Shown: positions 1-13,100, counted from the first letter of the stretch. The stretch: DNA of 64,000 nucleotides from Lingula anatina (GCA_051362555.1 JBPQGU010000016.1:5642001-5706000), one strand, 5' to 3'. Notes: a model not told the origin generated them from the sequence alone. A program made the numbers and translations.

Positions 1-189
1 TTTTAAGCAAAAACATTTTTAGTAAAAGGATACAATTTTAAAATTACAAATTCTGTAAAGAAGCATTTCTTTTAAAAAAAATTCAATCTCTTTAAAAATA
101 TCTCAATTTACAAATCTCCTTAAGATAGTATATAAACCAGTTACTAATATATCAACAAAATATATATTTCAAATGGATTCCCCTCTTAC

Positions 190-3100
190 TCGTGCTATTT
201 GTAAAATATCATGGACACTTTTGGCTTTGTCTAAATCTTCCTGAAACCCAGCATAATTTATTACCCCTTCTCTGGAATATAGAATAAAAATGTAAGCACA
301 TGACAATATCTAAATATATCTAGAAAATAACCTGTAAATAATGATATACCAAAACTGCTGCTCCTTTTTGTCTAAAAAATTGATAATTCCTCACATTTAT
401 CACATTCATATCATTATGCTTCTCTAAAATGCTGATTAACAGAAACATGAACAAGGGGACTAATTCTACATACAAATTTTGTTTTATATTTGACATTCAT
501 TGTCAGTAATATTTATTAAACTTCATTTGCATGTAAGTTTTATCATGATATACAACTAAGTCTCCTTACCCTTGGTAATGCCCTAACATTGTCTTGACCA
601 GTTTGAAGACCAGGTCAAAATATGGCGCCATCCGGATGTTTACAACATCACCCCTTTAAAAGAGTGGCATTAACAGAGTTTAGGACAGTATATTAGTTCA
701 AAATGGTCTTCATGTTAATACACTCCTTGCAATACAATTTGTATACAATTAAAAACACCATTTCAACTGATAATCAAGTAAAAATCAAGTAATTGATTAA
801 AAAACCAATTAAACATGGCTGTTGGGACCCTTGATAATCACCCATTTGTGTACTTACTTCACAAAGTTGACATCACATTTATACCCCTCCTTGACAATAT
901 CTTCTGGTATTTTATCCAGCCATAAGACTACACTATCTGGGTCTGCCAGTCTTCTGTATTGCACACCTATGTCAAATATGTCCCTCCAGGTACATTTCTT
1001 CCCTGAAAACAAATAGTGTGGTAAAAATCAGACGATGAAAACAGGAGATAAAGGCTGGAATTTTTCAAGGTTCTAATCAAATAACTGCATTTGTTGAGTG
1101 TTGCAAGGAAATATAGATTAACTGTAAATGTTACATTAAAAAGTCAAAATCTGGTTATCCAAAAATGTTATTTATTAATGAAAAATGCTTTAAAGGCAAA
1201 TTTTGAGAAAAAAAAAAGCTAGATACAATATATACTGAATGAACTTATTATCACTTTATTGCTGAATAATTATTCCTACCTTTACACTTCATATTTTTCC
1301 CTCGCCAGAAAGACTGGAAGTAAGAAATCAAACATACAAAGAAAAGCATTTCATCAGATCAGCACTCTGTTAGCAAATGGTTAAATTTCAGTTAACTCTG
1401 GCAGTAACTGTAATTTTGGTCATTTTATGCAACCTCACTTTTATGATTTTATGTAGATAGTACATAGTATAAACATAGTAGATTTGCATACAGATTCACA
1501 ATGGTTAACATTCATATCAAACAATATATTGAAAGGGTACATGATAAGAAAGGTAATTCACTGATAATATACAAAAATATGTTCAAACATCATAAAACCC
1601 CACCATTTAAAATACAGAAAGTACTAAAATAGTAGTTTCTTAACAATGATAACATGTATCTTTTTATAAAGATGATACATATAATACACACATAGATATG
1701 ACACTGGTAACACCCAGACTGTACACAGCTCAAGATTCAAAGCTTATCAGTAAGTTCTACATAAAGGGAAAGCAATGTCTGTAGTGACAATTAGAGTCAC
1801 CACCAGTAGTCTGACCCTCAGGGTACCTCTACTACACCATATTAACCACCGAACAACATAGACTTACCTCTAAAAACTGTGCTATATGTGTCGCAGCTAA
1901 CCCCATAGCCAGATTGAGTCTTTTATTGGGCAGGAAGCCATCGGCCGTGACCTGTGTAAGCCAGCCTATTTTATTAGCTCTGCAGATTAATGTTTGTGCG
2001 CTGGGCGACAGTTTATCCCAGCTTAAATCTAAGCTGACATCTCTGAAAGAAGATTTTGATGCTTTTAAATTGAATGCTCTTGTTATTAACACATAATATA
2101 ATTCTGCTGTTAAACTTTAAACAGAGCAGATAGTGAAATTATCCATGTAGCCTTAAACATTTTTAAACATACCTAATATGTGGTTGTAAACCAGGCTGTT
2201 CTTTATAGGGGCCCTTAAAAAATAAGGCATAAAAAATCTAGAACATATACAGTAATATGTGATTACAATAAAATAATAATGCTTATAATGCATCAAATAA
2301 TGTACATTTTAACTATTAGTATTACAGTATTTGTCATTTGTAAAGGATAACTGGAATTTTTGATATTGGATCAACATCAACAAAACTATAGTGGTCATGT
2401 GTAAATGGAAACTGGAATTTTTGTTATTGGATCAACATCAACAAAACTTTAAATACAAGCCAAACCTCAAAATGAAACGGAAGCCCTTTTGCCCATCGAT
2501 CTCTGAATTCTCCATTGAAATCCTCGTCCAAGTTGATATCTAAGACCGACAGGTCTAAATGTGAGTGGAGATATCTGGCATATTCTGGAAAACAATTCAG
2601 CAATGCTCCATTTAAAAACATTTTAAGGAGCCATTCACAACTCGGTATTCACAAAATATAATCACTAGGTACCCTATAATCTCAGGAGACTGTAATCTTA
2701 TCCACATTTATATGATTACATATCATAAATTATGGTGGTTAGCGGAAAAATGTGGATAAGAATAACGGCAAATCACATTCAGGAAATGGTTATCAAATTG
2801 TCTGTTGATATAGGAGCATACAAAGTAAATGAAATCTTAACTCTCCTGAAAAAAAAAAACTATTACAATATAAAATGAACAAGCTTTGGCACACATATTT
2901 TGCCTCCCCAGTGCCTTTTTAAGCCTTAAAATTTTCTTAATCTTCAAGCTCTTTTTCTTGCCATTTTTGCAGTAGTTTTAATAGTGATGACTTAAAAAAA
3001 TAAAGGACACTGTATCCCAGTTTCATAGTGATGACTTGAAGAAACATAAAATATACTGTATCCCACTGTACCTATTTTCCTCACTTACCTCTTAGATAAT

Positions 3101-6100
3101 GTGATTTGATAAATTCTGGACTCATTCTCATGCTGCTGGTAGCTGGCGTATACACCATGACCTGGACACAGGAAAATAACTAAATCAAAACTGATGACCA
3201 TGAATGTGGTTAAAGAGGGCATATTTCTGCCATTGTTAGGTTTCTTAATTCATCTAAAAAGTTCTATACCTCTCCTGGCTGTGGGCTGTACAAATCAAGG
3301 AACTTTTTTCAACAATACTGGATATTGTGATTGACATTAGGCCTGCTTGACAATGGTGTATCATGACAAGTACAATTAATATAAATATAAGGTCTATGGT
3401 CAGAAACTCAAGGGGGGGGGGTCTAGACTTTGCTTCAGGGAGAAACCCAATGAAAGTTTCTGGAAAAAATTCCATGTCAAACTAGCCACAGATATCAATA
3501 ATGATTATCATAATTAAGATGGTATCCCAAGAAAAACATTGTGCAACTTTAACTAAGTTTCCAAACTCCAATTTCTATTTTTATCAGTGGTAATTCAAAC
3601 AAACAAGTTCTTTTTTTCACAGTTTTTTTTACTTATTGCTCAATTTTTTAAACATCAAAACACAATAATTTATTACAGATAAATGGATAGATATCACACC
3701 TTGGTATGACTTTTAACTCCCTCGTACAGCTGACCTAGAACAATCAGGGAAAGTCCTCTCAGGTATTGACACAACACATTTTTTCTGTCTATTCTAAGAC
3801 ATGTCTGAAATAAAACACAAATATTGTAAGTGACCTCTGATGTGAACACAAATACTGTGAGTGACCTCTAAAGTGAACCTACAACAGGAAGAGATGATTC
3901 AACTAATGACAAGAATCATTCATGATAAATTCCATTGTTTCTCCATAAAACATAGTGTTCATCACATTTTTTACTGGCGAGTCTTTTAATCTGGTAACCT
4001 AAGATAATACAATTAAACAGGCTATTCAGTTAGCATGTATATATAGATGAATCTAAATAAAGATATGGATAATCAAGTTAAATGAATCATTTGCACTGGA
4101 AGATTAGAGATTCTACTGAAAGGGATGGAGTGCTATTCAACATCTTCATTCTAACAGTTTATCCTTTGAAATAAACAACATTTGATGAAAAGAGAGCAAT
4201 AAAGGAGGGTGCACTGACCCCCCCCCCCCCCAGCCCCCCCCCCCCCCCAACAGCCTAGTGTAACTCACATGAGTGTGCTCCAGTGCCTTTTCAGCCTCCC
4301 CTGAGAAATAATCAAAACTGCTCAATAGCTGCATAGTAAGTAAATTATACGGCATCCTGGATTTTGCCTTGTTAAACTGTGTTCTGGCTTGTTTAACATT
4401 GCCAATCTCCCTGGAAATAAAGTTTATAACTTAGTTTGGGCTATCCTGGATGTTTGCAATTTTTCATTATAACAGCAAAGTAGTGTCAAATAATTTCAAG
4501 AAAATTGAAACTTGAGAAATAAATTCATGATTACTAACAAAAACCTCAGAGAAAAAATCTTATCTGTGTAAAGTTTGCTGAGCAATAAATATTGATATCA
4601 TGAACAAATTTTACCTGAATGCCTGGGCCAGACTCAGCAATGTTTCTGTGTGGTTAGGTTCTAATTTCAGTGCATCTTTATACACTTCTATTGCATTCTG
4701 AAAAGTAGGAGATGCAGTTTTATTTTAGCATTGAAAGGCTCATAAACACTCACAGTATCAAAACCTTGACTTTTCTGTAATTACAGTTGACTTTTTAAAA
4801 TGAAATAACAATGAACTAGAATTAATTCACAATGGTTTTCAAGCATAACCAACATTCCCTAAACTCTAGCTGTTATAATATTAAATTACCCTTACTTTCC
4901 CCTTATAAAATAATGTCAACATACCCTTAATTTCCCCTTATAAAATAACGTCATCTTACCCTTACTTTCCCCTTATAAAATAACATCAACTTACCCTTAC
5001 TTTCCCCTTGTAAAATAACATCAAATTACCCTTACTTTTCCCTTGTAAAATAGCGTCAACTTACCCTTACTTTTCCCTTTTAAAATAATGTCAAATTACC
5101 CTTACTTTCCCCTTGTAAAATAACATCAAATTACCCTTACTTTTCCCTTATAAAATAATGTCAACTTACCCTTACTTTTCCCTTATAAATAACGTCAAAT
5201 TACCCTTACTTTCCCCTTGTAAAATAACATCAAATTACCCTTACTTTTCCCTTATAAAATAGCGTCAACTTACTCTTAATTTCCCCTATAAAATAGCATC
5301 AACTTACCCTTACTTTCCCCTTATAAAATAATGTCAGACCAAGATGATACAAAAAGGGATGCTGAGGATCTTTTGCCAGATCCAAAGCTTTTCTAAAATC
5401 ATCTTCTGCATCTTGCAGTTTCTGAAATGAGACAATAAACAAAGGAAGAAACACTATTTAAGTCTCCCTCTCTCTCAAAGTGTGTATGTATATGTGTGAA
5501 TGTGTGTGTATGTGTGCGTCCATGCATGTTACATATCATCTGTATCAATATATATCGTATATGCCTGATATCAATTATATTTACCATATGAAGAATGTTT
5601 GAAAAAATACCGTTTCCTATGAATACACAGATTTGGAAAATTTTTCAAAGAAAACTGTTTAAAAAAGGCAAAGTTGCCATTCATATGCAAACAGGGCGAT
5701 TCACCACAGTATGTGTCCTACTGACCAGTGCAAAATCATGTTATTGACACTTCTATTTTGCCCAATGTTAAATTCACAATATCAATTCATTCAGTAAATC
5801 TGAATGCATTTTCTTGGTCATAAAAAAATTCTCTCCGAATCCAGAGATCTCACTGCATGCTCTCTTGCCATTATGAGCCTATACAAAAGTGACATGACCT
5901 TGATTCTGAATAAGTTTCTTCATAGGTATATGCTAATACTGTAAAAAAACTTACTTCAACACAATAAATTCTCATCTAAGGCTGACTGACAAAGTAAACC
6001 AAAGGCTGACTTACCTGCATCAAAAACAATGCAGTTCCTCTAAGAAAATATAGCTTGGCTCTATTACTGTGCTTCAGGCCTTCATTGACGTCTTCTAAAG

Positions 6101-9100
6101 CTTTGGTATATTGACCTAGGGATATTAAAACCTGAAGAGAAACAAGCCAGAAAAGCTGTCAAATGTACAGACAGATAGCAGAAAATATAGCTTGGCTCTA
6201 TTGCTGTGCTTCAGGCCTTTATTGACGTCTTCTAAAGCTTTGGTATATTGACCCAGCGATATTAAAACCTGAAGAGAAATCAGCAATTATTAATGACCAC
6301 GAATATGTAAAGTTACCTCTTGGAGTCAATATGGCCATGTAAAGATATAGTTTATAGGTAAGTTTCACAAATAAATATTTTTTGTAACTTTACCTCTGCT
6401 CTTCTTTCATAACTCTCTGACTTCTTCGGGTCCAACTCAATACTTTTACTAAAATCACGTAATGCTAAAGCTGCATTAGTTTCAGACTGAAAGATAAAGA
6501 ATTTAATCATATAGCATACATATCTATGTAGTCTATACATATTAGAGATCAATAATCCAATTTTAAAAAATATATCAACATATTACACTATATCCTACTT
6601 TTAACATCTTATTTTTAGAAACTTAATTCGTTGGATATTTCATCAGATATTCTAAATTCCATACCAGTAACATACCTGAAGGCCTTTTCTTGCAAATGCT
6701 GTCCCTCTCCCGTGGTACGCAATTATTGTTTCAGGATGCTCCTTTAAAAACATATTATTTCAACAGACTATGCCCAAATAACCAAATCTACATACATTTT
6801 GTTGCAGCTTTAAATAAAACTAGAGGATTGATGAATTTTCAGCAATCTTCAGAAATCCCTTAAATTTTGTAATTTTAAATAAACTAACATATTTTGTACT
6901 GTTAAGCATTTTAATATTCAAAACACATTAGTTGTTAAATGATGTGATAATCAAAATGAATACCTTGATAATATTAGTAAAAACTTGAACTGCTTCATCT
7001 GGTTGAACCAAATTCATCAGAACCATCCCCATAGCTTTAGCAAAAGAAAAACATGTAGTGGGTTTTTAGAAACAAAAAGAAATGTGGTTTATTGTTATTC
7101 AAAAGTTGTTTGTAATAAGAAGTATCTATCAACTAAGAAACTTGTAAAAACAAATTACTTGGATGCCACAGAGATTTATTCATCTTTTATTCATTAGCAC
7201 AATATTTCATTTTAACCCCCTAGAGGGCCATGTGTAAAATAAGTGTGCGCACTTAACATGTTTTACCCTCTTTAAATAAATTTTATTATTATTAATAATA
7301 ATAATAATAATATAATAATAATAATAATTTGAATAAATGGACTGGTGAAGTTTACACTAAGCATTAAGGGAAGTTTTCAGTTTGTCATAAAACTTGTTTA
7401 ACAAACTATTGGCCAAAATTGTAGCAAATAATACATTTGGACCAAATAATAGATAACAGATTTTATACCTACCAATATTTTTATCTATATCCAAATTTCC
7501 TGTTGCTAGTGGCACTAATCCTTTTTTTGCTATAGATTCAGAATGAGCCTGGAATAAAATAAAATGTTTTGAAAGACACTACACATGATATTAATGTCAT
7601 AGTAAATTCAAACTTTCTTTGAAAAAAAATCAATTTTATTTCCCAATATATTGGTTTACTGATAAATTCATAAAATATAATCTGAATGGTGAGTTGGGTT
7701 TACATCAGATAATTTGTTTTTATAAGAAACTAAATATGATACATTTTCAAATAATAATATTTGGAATGTGTATCTTTTGTGCAGCTAAGAAAAGAATATG
7801 TTACATTTCCATTTGTTAACTGATCAGCCAAGCACACCCATCCCCCCCTCCCAGCCCCCCCCCCAAAAAAAAAAGAAAGAAAAGAAAAAAAACATCACAG
7901 AGAATTTACTCAAAACCATGATTACAAAAACATTGTATTTTTTTATCTTTAAGGTATACTAAATAATCAATTAAACATGGTATTTATTTTTTATCTTTAA
8001 GGTATACTAAATAATCAATTAAACATTGTATTTATTTTTTATCTTTAAGGTATACTAAATAATCAATTCTACAGGTAAATCTATCTAGCTTTAATAATCA
8101 TCCCCTAATATCTATATACCATTTAACAAATTTCCTTTCGAGTAATAATAATTACAATAACTTACTTCATACTGCCATCAAATTATAGCAATGGTGGCAT
8201 ACAGCATGATATTGATTATTCTTATTAAATTATAATTACCTCTAAATTAAACATGCCTTCCTTTGGACAAGACTCTCTTTGCACAGAACATAGACCCACT
8301 GGCACATCTCCCTTCATTTCTAAAAACATAGAGAAGAATCATTATTAAACTGTACAGCAGTAATATTTTATATATTGGTTGCCATAAATACCTAAAATAC
8401 TTAATAAATACACCATACTGTTTGAACCCACACAGCACTAGATAAGTATCTATAATATTTCTACATTTACTCACATTATAACGAGGGGCAACACATTTCA
8501 TTAAGGTCTATGTTTACACAAAAAAATTCTATAAGCAGAGTGCAGCATTAATATTGGCATTTCACCTAGACTCCTATCTTTATTGCCCAAGTAAAATTTA
8601 AGTAAAAGCAATTTACTGAGGAGACTACGTCAGCCCCCCCTGTTTGCGATCTATCCAGCTGATATGAGGGCATGATACAAGTAATGGGTTTACACACGAC
8701 TGCACATCAGGCAATAACATCTTGAGTGGGGCTTGTCACGTTAAACACATCTGCTATGTGGCAGCTTCATCAGAGCCACATGGAGGGTAATCCCTTATTA
8801 ATTGCTCTGTGTTCAACGCTATTATTAATTGTGTGTTATCATTTTTTATTTAAATTTATAATACACAGAATGAAGCAAAAAATATAAAATTATGAAAAAA
8901 ATAACAAAACCCTCGAACATCATCATCAATTTGATGATAAATTAAAAGACGACAAGCGTGTTTCGCTTACCACATTCTGGGGCCAGTTCTCCTATGGTCA
9001 AGCTGATTGGCAAGACGAAACGATATCTGTGGTCAGTGCTCCGTGAAGTGGTTGCTCGAGATTCTTCGTCGCATTCTTTACAATCTCCAAACAGCTGTAG

Positions 9101-9238
9101 TCCCTTTACCCTAAAGACTTGTTGGCTACCGTCTTCTTGTGTAACATGAATGCTGGCTACATCACACTGTTGAGCACACTTAGACGAAATTTGTATAAAT
9201 AGAAGGACGACAATCAGTTCTAAAACTTTTTCGGCCAT
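190..9238 (-). CDS. TTC13: Tetratricopeptide repeat protein 13 (TTC13) orthologue; 19 coding exons in window, 3' end beyond the left edge
   Basis: Hand-spliced GT-AG exons (minus strand): 9238-8971 (alternative ATG 9253), 8319-8240, 7548-7473, 7034-6964, 6741-6676, 6486-6394, 6131-6015, 5421-5308, 4697-4615, 4410-4269, 3804-3700, 3161-3089, 2584-2466, 2213-2173, 2042-1868, 1313-1280, 1002-858, 653-570, 271-190. All phases join without stops. The N-terminus is signal-peptide-like (MAEKVLELIVVLLFIQISSKCA), followed by TPR repeats (AYHGRGTAFARKGLQ, ALALRDFSKSIELDPKKSESYERRAEVLISLGQY). Later motifs match human TTC13 as I recall it: EYARYLHSHLD, DRWAKGLPF, EQPGLQPHI, GFLPNKRLNLAMGLAA, WRDIFDIGVQYRRLADPDSVVLWLD. 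Confidence 0.95.
4886..5336 (-). repeat. 35-bp minisatellite, 13 copies, derived from the 3' end of a TTC13 exon plus its splice donor
   Basis: Unit TTACCCTTACTTTCCCCTTATAAAATAAYGTCAAC starts at 4886, 4921, 4956, 4991, 5026, 5061, 5096, 5131, 5166, 5200, 5235, 5270 and 5304. The last copy overlaps the real exon end (…TLFYKGKVR|GTAAGT). Confidence 0.95.
6180..6278 (-). pseudogene. Partial duplicate (acceptor plus first 89 nt) of TTC13 exon 6131-6015
   Basis: 6180-6268 matches 6043-6131 with 4 substitutions and keeps the TCTCTTCAG acceptor. The 137-nt offset is not a multiple of 3. Confidence 0.9.
7928..8068. repeat. About 47-bp tandem repeat, 3 copies, in a TTC13 intron
   Basis: AAACATTGTATTTATTTTTTATCTTTAAGGTATACTAAATAATCAATT is repeated three times. 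Confidence 0.85.
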
Positions 9239-9405
9239 ATTGACACACAACATAACACTGATTGGTTCCGAAGGTGTAGATCTATCATTCCTAAAATATA
9301 TCTAGTATTCATACATATAACTGTGTTTATGATAATTTATTTTACAAAAAATAGTGTCAAAAGACACATATTAGGGGCAATATGAATATTATTTCATCAA
9401 CTTAC

Positions 9406-9520
9406 CTGTTCTTAAAATAAATCACATGCTAGATAATTTTCGGGACTAGGCATATTAATGTTTAATCGGCAAGTAGTTTGTACAGTTTAGCCGCGGGAAT
9501 CGTGGTTTGGGGTTCACTTC
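9406..9520 (-). other. Putative non-coding first exon / promoter of TTC13
   Basis: On the minus strand, a consensus donor AACAG|GTAAG at 9406/9405 pairs with acceptor TATATTTTAG|G at 9291/9290, upstream of the ATG. A local cluster of CpGs lies at about 9440-9505. The upstream boundary is a guess. Confidence 0.5.
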
Positions 9521-10478
9521 TTTGATGAGTTCCCTTCCATTTTAAGCTATTGATTAAGCTTCAATGCACAGTTGTCATTTTAAATGGGAGTTACCTTTCT
9601 CTATTACCTCCTGGTTGATTGTAGTGGAATTTGTGACCCAGGAACAATAAATGCAGTTATTTAGAGAAAAGTTTTACTAGATAACAAGCAAAGAGAAAAA
9701 ATGGTATAGTGAATCACAGTAACCACGAAGGACAGGCCTTTCAATAATTACCATAAAAATGTTCACTTCTAGTTTAAGTCCCCCCCCCCCCAGAAAAAAG
9801 GGTGGAGGGGGTTATTACAAAGCATTGTTTCCGTAACCACCCCCTACACCGAGCTCTGATTGCAATCCTGACAAGCAGTTAATTACTTGCTCAATTAATT
9901 GTTATGACCTTGATTGCTTTGCTCTATTATGATAGGAAAAAGATACCCTTGCAACAGTTCCATGTAGTAGTATATGTAGTTAGTTATCACACAGTACGCC
10001 CTTTTTATTAGTCATCACACCTGATCTGTTAAGTTATTCTTTGTACAGTATTATGTCCATATTGAGGACTATGAATATTTGCTTTTTTGCATTGTCAACT
10101 TAATGAATTGTTTTCCAGAATGTAGATGTCACTTCAAAAGTTCAAGAAAGTTGTTACAGGAATATTTGTTTAAAGCAATTAATTTATTTCTAAATAGGAG
10201 AAATGGACCAGTGCACGTACTGGAGTACAGTATTTTCCTGAAGATAAACATACAGTACACCACACCAGCAAGGCCAGTGACAAGGTGTGTCCTCTGCTTA
10301 GAAAAATAGAAAAATACCGTAAGAGACAGTCAGAACTTCTTTTGACCAGGCATGATTGAAACTGAACACTATTTTGGTGTTAATTACGTAGATGCATAGT
10401 TTTCTGTAACAGTAACAAACCTAACAGAAACATTTACAAGCAAAAATTAAAAAACTATGTTGCAAATTTGTTCCAGAT

Positions 10479-10628
10479 TGGAGCCAGAAGGGTACATTAG
10501 GTTTAGGAACAGATCCAGCCGGTTGATGGATGTTTTATCACCAGATGTTATATGCTGTACACAGTGATGATGCCAGCATGAGAGATATAATTCCACTTGG
10601 TCGGGGTACGGCCTTTATTCAAATGGAA
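10479..10628 (+). CDS. Candidate first coding exon of an unidentified divergent plus-strand gene (MFYHQMLYAVHSDDASMRDIIPLGRGTAFIQME…)
   Basis: Acceptor TTGTTCCAG precedes the exon and donor GAAG|GTATTT follows at 10628/10629. The frame is open from an ATG to the donor (phase 1) and locally GC/CpG-richer. No homology recognised. Confidence 0.3.
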
Positions 10629-11583
10629 GGTATTTGTTGCATTTTAATGTAGATCTTCTTTACTCTGTTAAGATCACTTGATCATGTGCCACAGTGGTAT
10701 TGCATAATGTATAACTTAATAATTAGATGAAGATTTCCCATCCATCGGTAAAGGTCTCTAGTTGTCATATAGATTGCAAAACGGTGACATAATCAAAATA
10801 AGTAAGAAATATTTAAATTCTGCCAACCTCTGTATTCATACAAATATGCCTCGATCTGAGCACTATGAAGATGTTAATGGCAAGATTTTTTCAGTCTTCT
10901 ATTTTTTTTACAAATGCACCTTGTTGCAACTGAGATCAAGACAAAATGAAAATGGAAAATATATTCTGGATTCGTATGTTTTACATTTTGTTGCAATGCT
11001 TGAGAGGTGCTGGATTAGTATGTTTAAGAAATGCAGCAGAGGATCTAAGGTGGTGTGTTTGCTTGTGGTTGTGCATCCAAACTGTTGCAATTCACTGGAA
11101 TTCATAGGACTGACGAGCCAGAAAAATGAGAAGCTTGAATCTTCTTAGGGTCTGTGCTTAATTGGGTTTTTGTTATATGAAATCGTCAAATTTCCTCTCT
11201 CTGACAGTTGTGTCAAAGACATAAAACATTTTATTCACTGATTTAATTATGACCTAAGATTACAGATTGTACTTAAACATGAACTAAGAATTACATTTGA
11301 AGCATTGGTGTTCAGAATGTTATTCAAATGGATTTTTGCAAGGTCAATTTGAGATGCAGATGCATGATAGCCAGTCAAGAATAGAAAACTGATGATAACT
11401 GAAGAAAAACTGCTTTGTTCTTGTTGTTATTTTTTTCTACCCTAAATCCCAGCTGGCTTGAATAGAATGATTGGTTTAATTACTTACTATATCTGTAGAC
11501 AAAATATATGTAAAATTTTGCCAATCCCATACTTTTATTAATTTAAATATTTTTATCATGGAATATAAGTTCGTGTTCCTTAA

Positions 11584-11865
11584 GGAGTAACAACTGTTCA
11601 TTTTGGACAAAAATGGATTTTCCTTGGGTAAACAGCAATTTTCCCATACTTACCAGTGGGTAGTTAATCCATTCCAACATTTAGAGTAAGTTTTTAGTAT
11701 TTATTATAATATTAGCCATGTGCACGTGGTACGATGGTGGGCACAAATTCCAGAATAATTGCAATACTTGGCATTTTGGCAGTAAAATAGAATTTATTTT
11801 ATTTCTATGTGTTGTTTAAAATAAATTTATTGTGAAATATGAATCACATACAGTTTTTATCCTTT
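11584..11865. mobile_element. Degenerate Kolobok-like MITE
   Basis: Aligns by eye to the 30989-31326 and 47715-48051 copies (TTTTGGACAAAAATGGATTTTCC…CAATTTTCCCATACTTACCA…). Left flank is TTAA; termini are decayed. Confidence 0.7.
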
Positions 11866-13100
11866 TCATCAGAAAACAAGATCATTGTGTTCTTAATCTC
11901 CCAGGATCATTGGGATCAATTTTAGTGGCTGTTGTAAAATGAGAAATGACCAGTTTTGAATATGGATTTGAAGCTGGTCTTCTACCTCTTGTTCCTTCTA
12001 ATGGTCATCGAAAATCTTCATTGGGCTTGGTAGTGAAACATGTTTTGGTTTCATATCATTGCCCTGTGTCGTGTATAATACAGACATAACCAGCTGTCTC
12101 TTCTACCTGAGAAGACAGAGAAGATAATGATGACACTAGGTACACTTCAGGTTAAGTTCTTATCATCTTTTGTGTCTGAATTGGGAATTAAAGGAATCTT
12201 TTCAGGCTAAGACTGATTTGACTGCAGGATTGCCAGTAATTCTGCTGCTAAAGATGTCTTGGTGTCACTATAGCATGGTTTTATACATGCAGTTCATGAA
12301 AATCAGCTTTTCTTTCTGACAAATTTGAATCCATTTAATGGGACTATATCACCTTGTCAGGGACTTAAAACTATAAAAATATGCTTCATTAAGATGATTG
12401 CATTTCTGATTCAGAAGTAAATGTTAATGGTGCTTTAAAATTAGGCAGTTGTAATAATTTCACAGAAAGCAAATTAGTAAATTAAAAAAAAATCCTACAT
12501 ACACAAATAATGATACACACTTCATCAATATATCATCCATCCAACCCACATGTGTTTTTAGAATTTCTATTTTACTCTCTTCACACTGTGGCTTCTGTCT
12601 AATTTAGGTCCCTCTGCATGTGTAATTTGGGTCCTTTTTCAGACCTCCCTTTCAGATCTCTTTTTTTTTGTGATAATTTGAGTCAAGTTTGGCTTCCAAG
12701 ATGGAAGTTTCATTAATTTTTATCAGTATGTAGGCTTGAACTGATTACACAGTTTTTCCTCTCCTTCCACAAGGAATTCATCTTTAATCATGCTACATCA
12801 AGATAGCTACCTTTATGTGATTATCTTCTGTTTTGGTAAAAACACAGGCTTATTTTCTGATCCAAAAATACCCTTTGTAATGAGGATTAAGACAAGCAAA
12901 CATGTTGTCAGTGATTTCATTTCCCCTGCAATAATGCACTTGGTCTGACATGTAAAGTGTTCTAACAAATTGCAGCATTGTCATTAGGAATCCAGTGTTT
13001 TTTTTTTCAATAATACGGGTTGTTGTAGAACTTGGTATATGCATTAGATGTTTCTGTGCCTCTATTAATTCTGATGTATGAACATTTTGTGTCTGTTTAT

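Noticed and set aside
4886-5336. CRISPR-like appearance of 35-bp repeats (also the 49-bp and 62-bp arrays)
   Set aside because: Units are head-to-tail with no unique spacers, there are no cas genes, and the context is eukaryotic and intronic.
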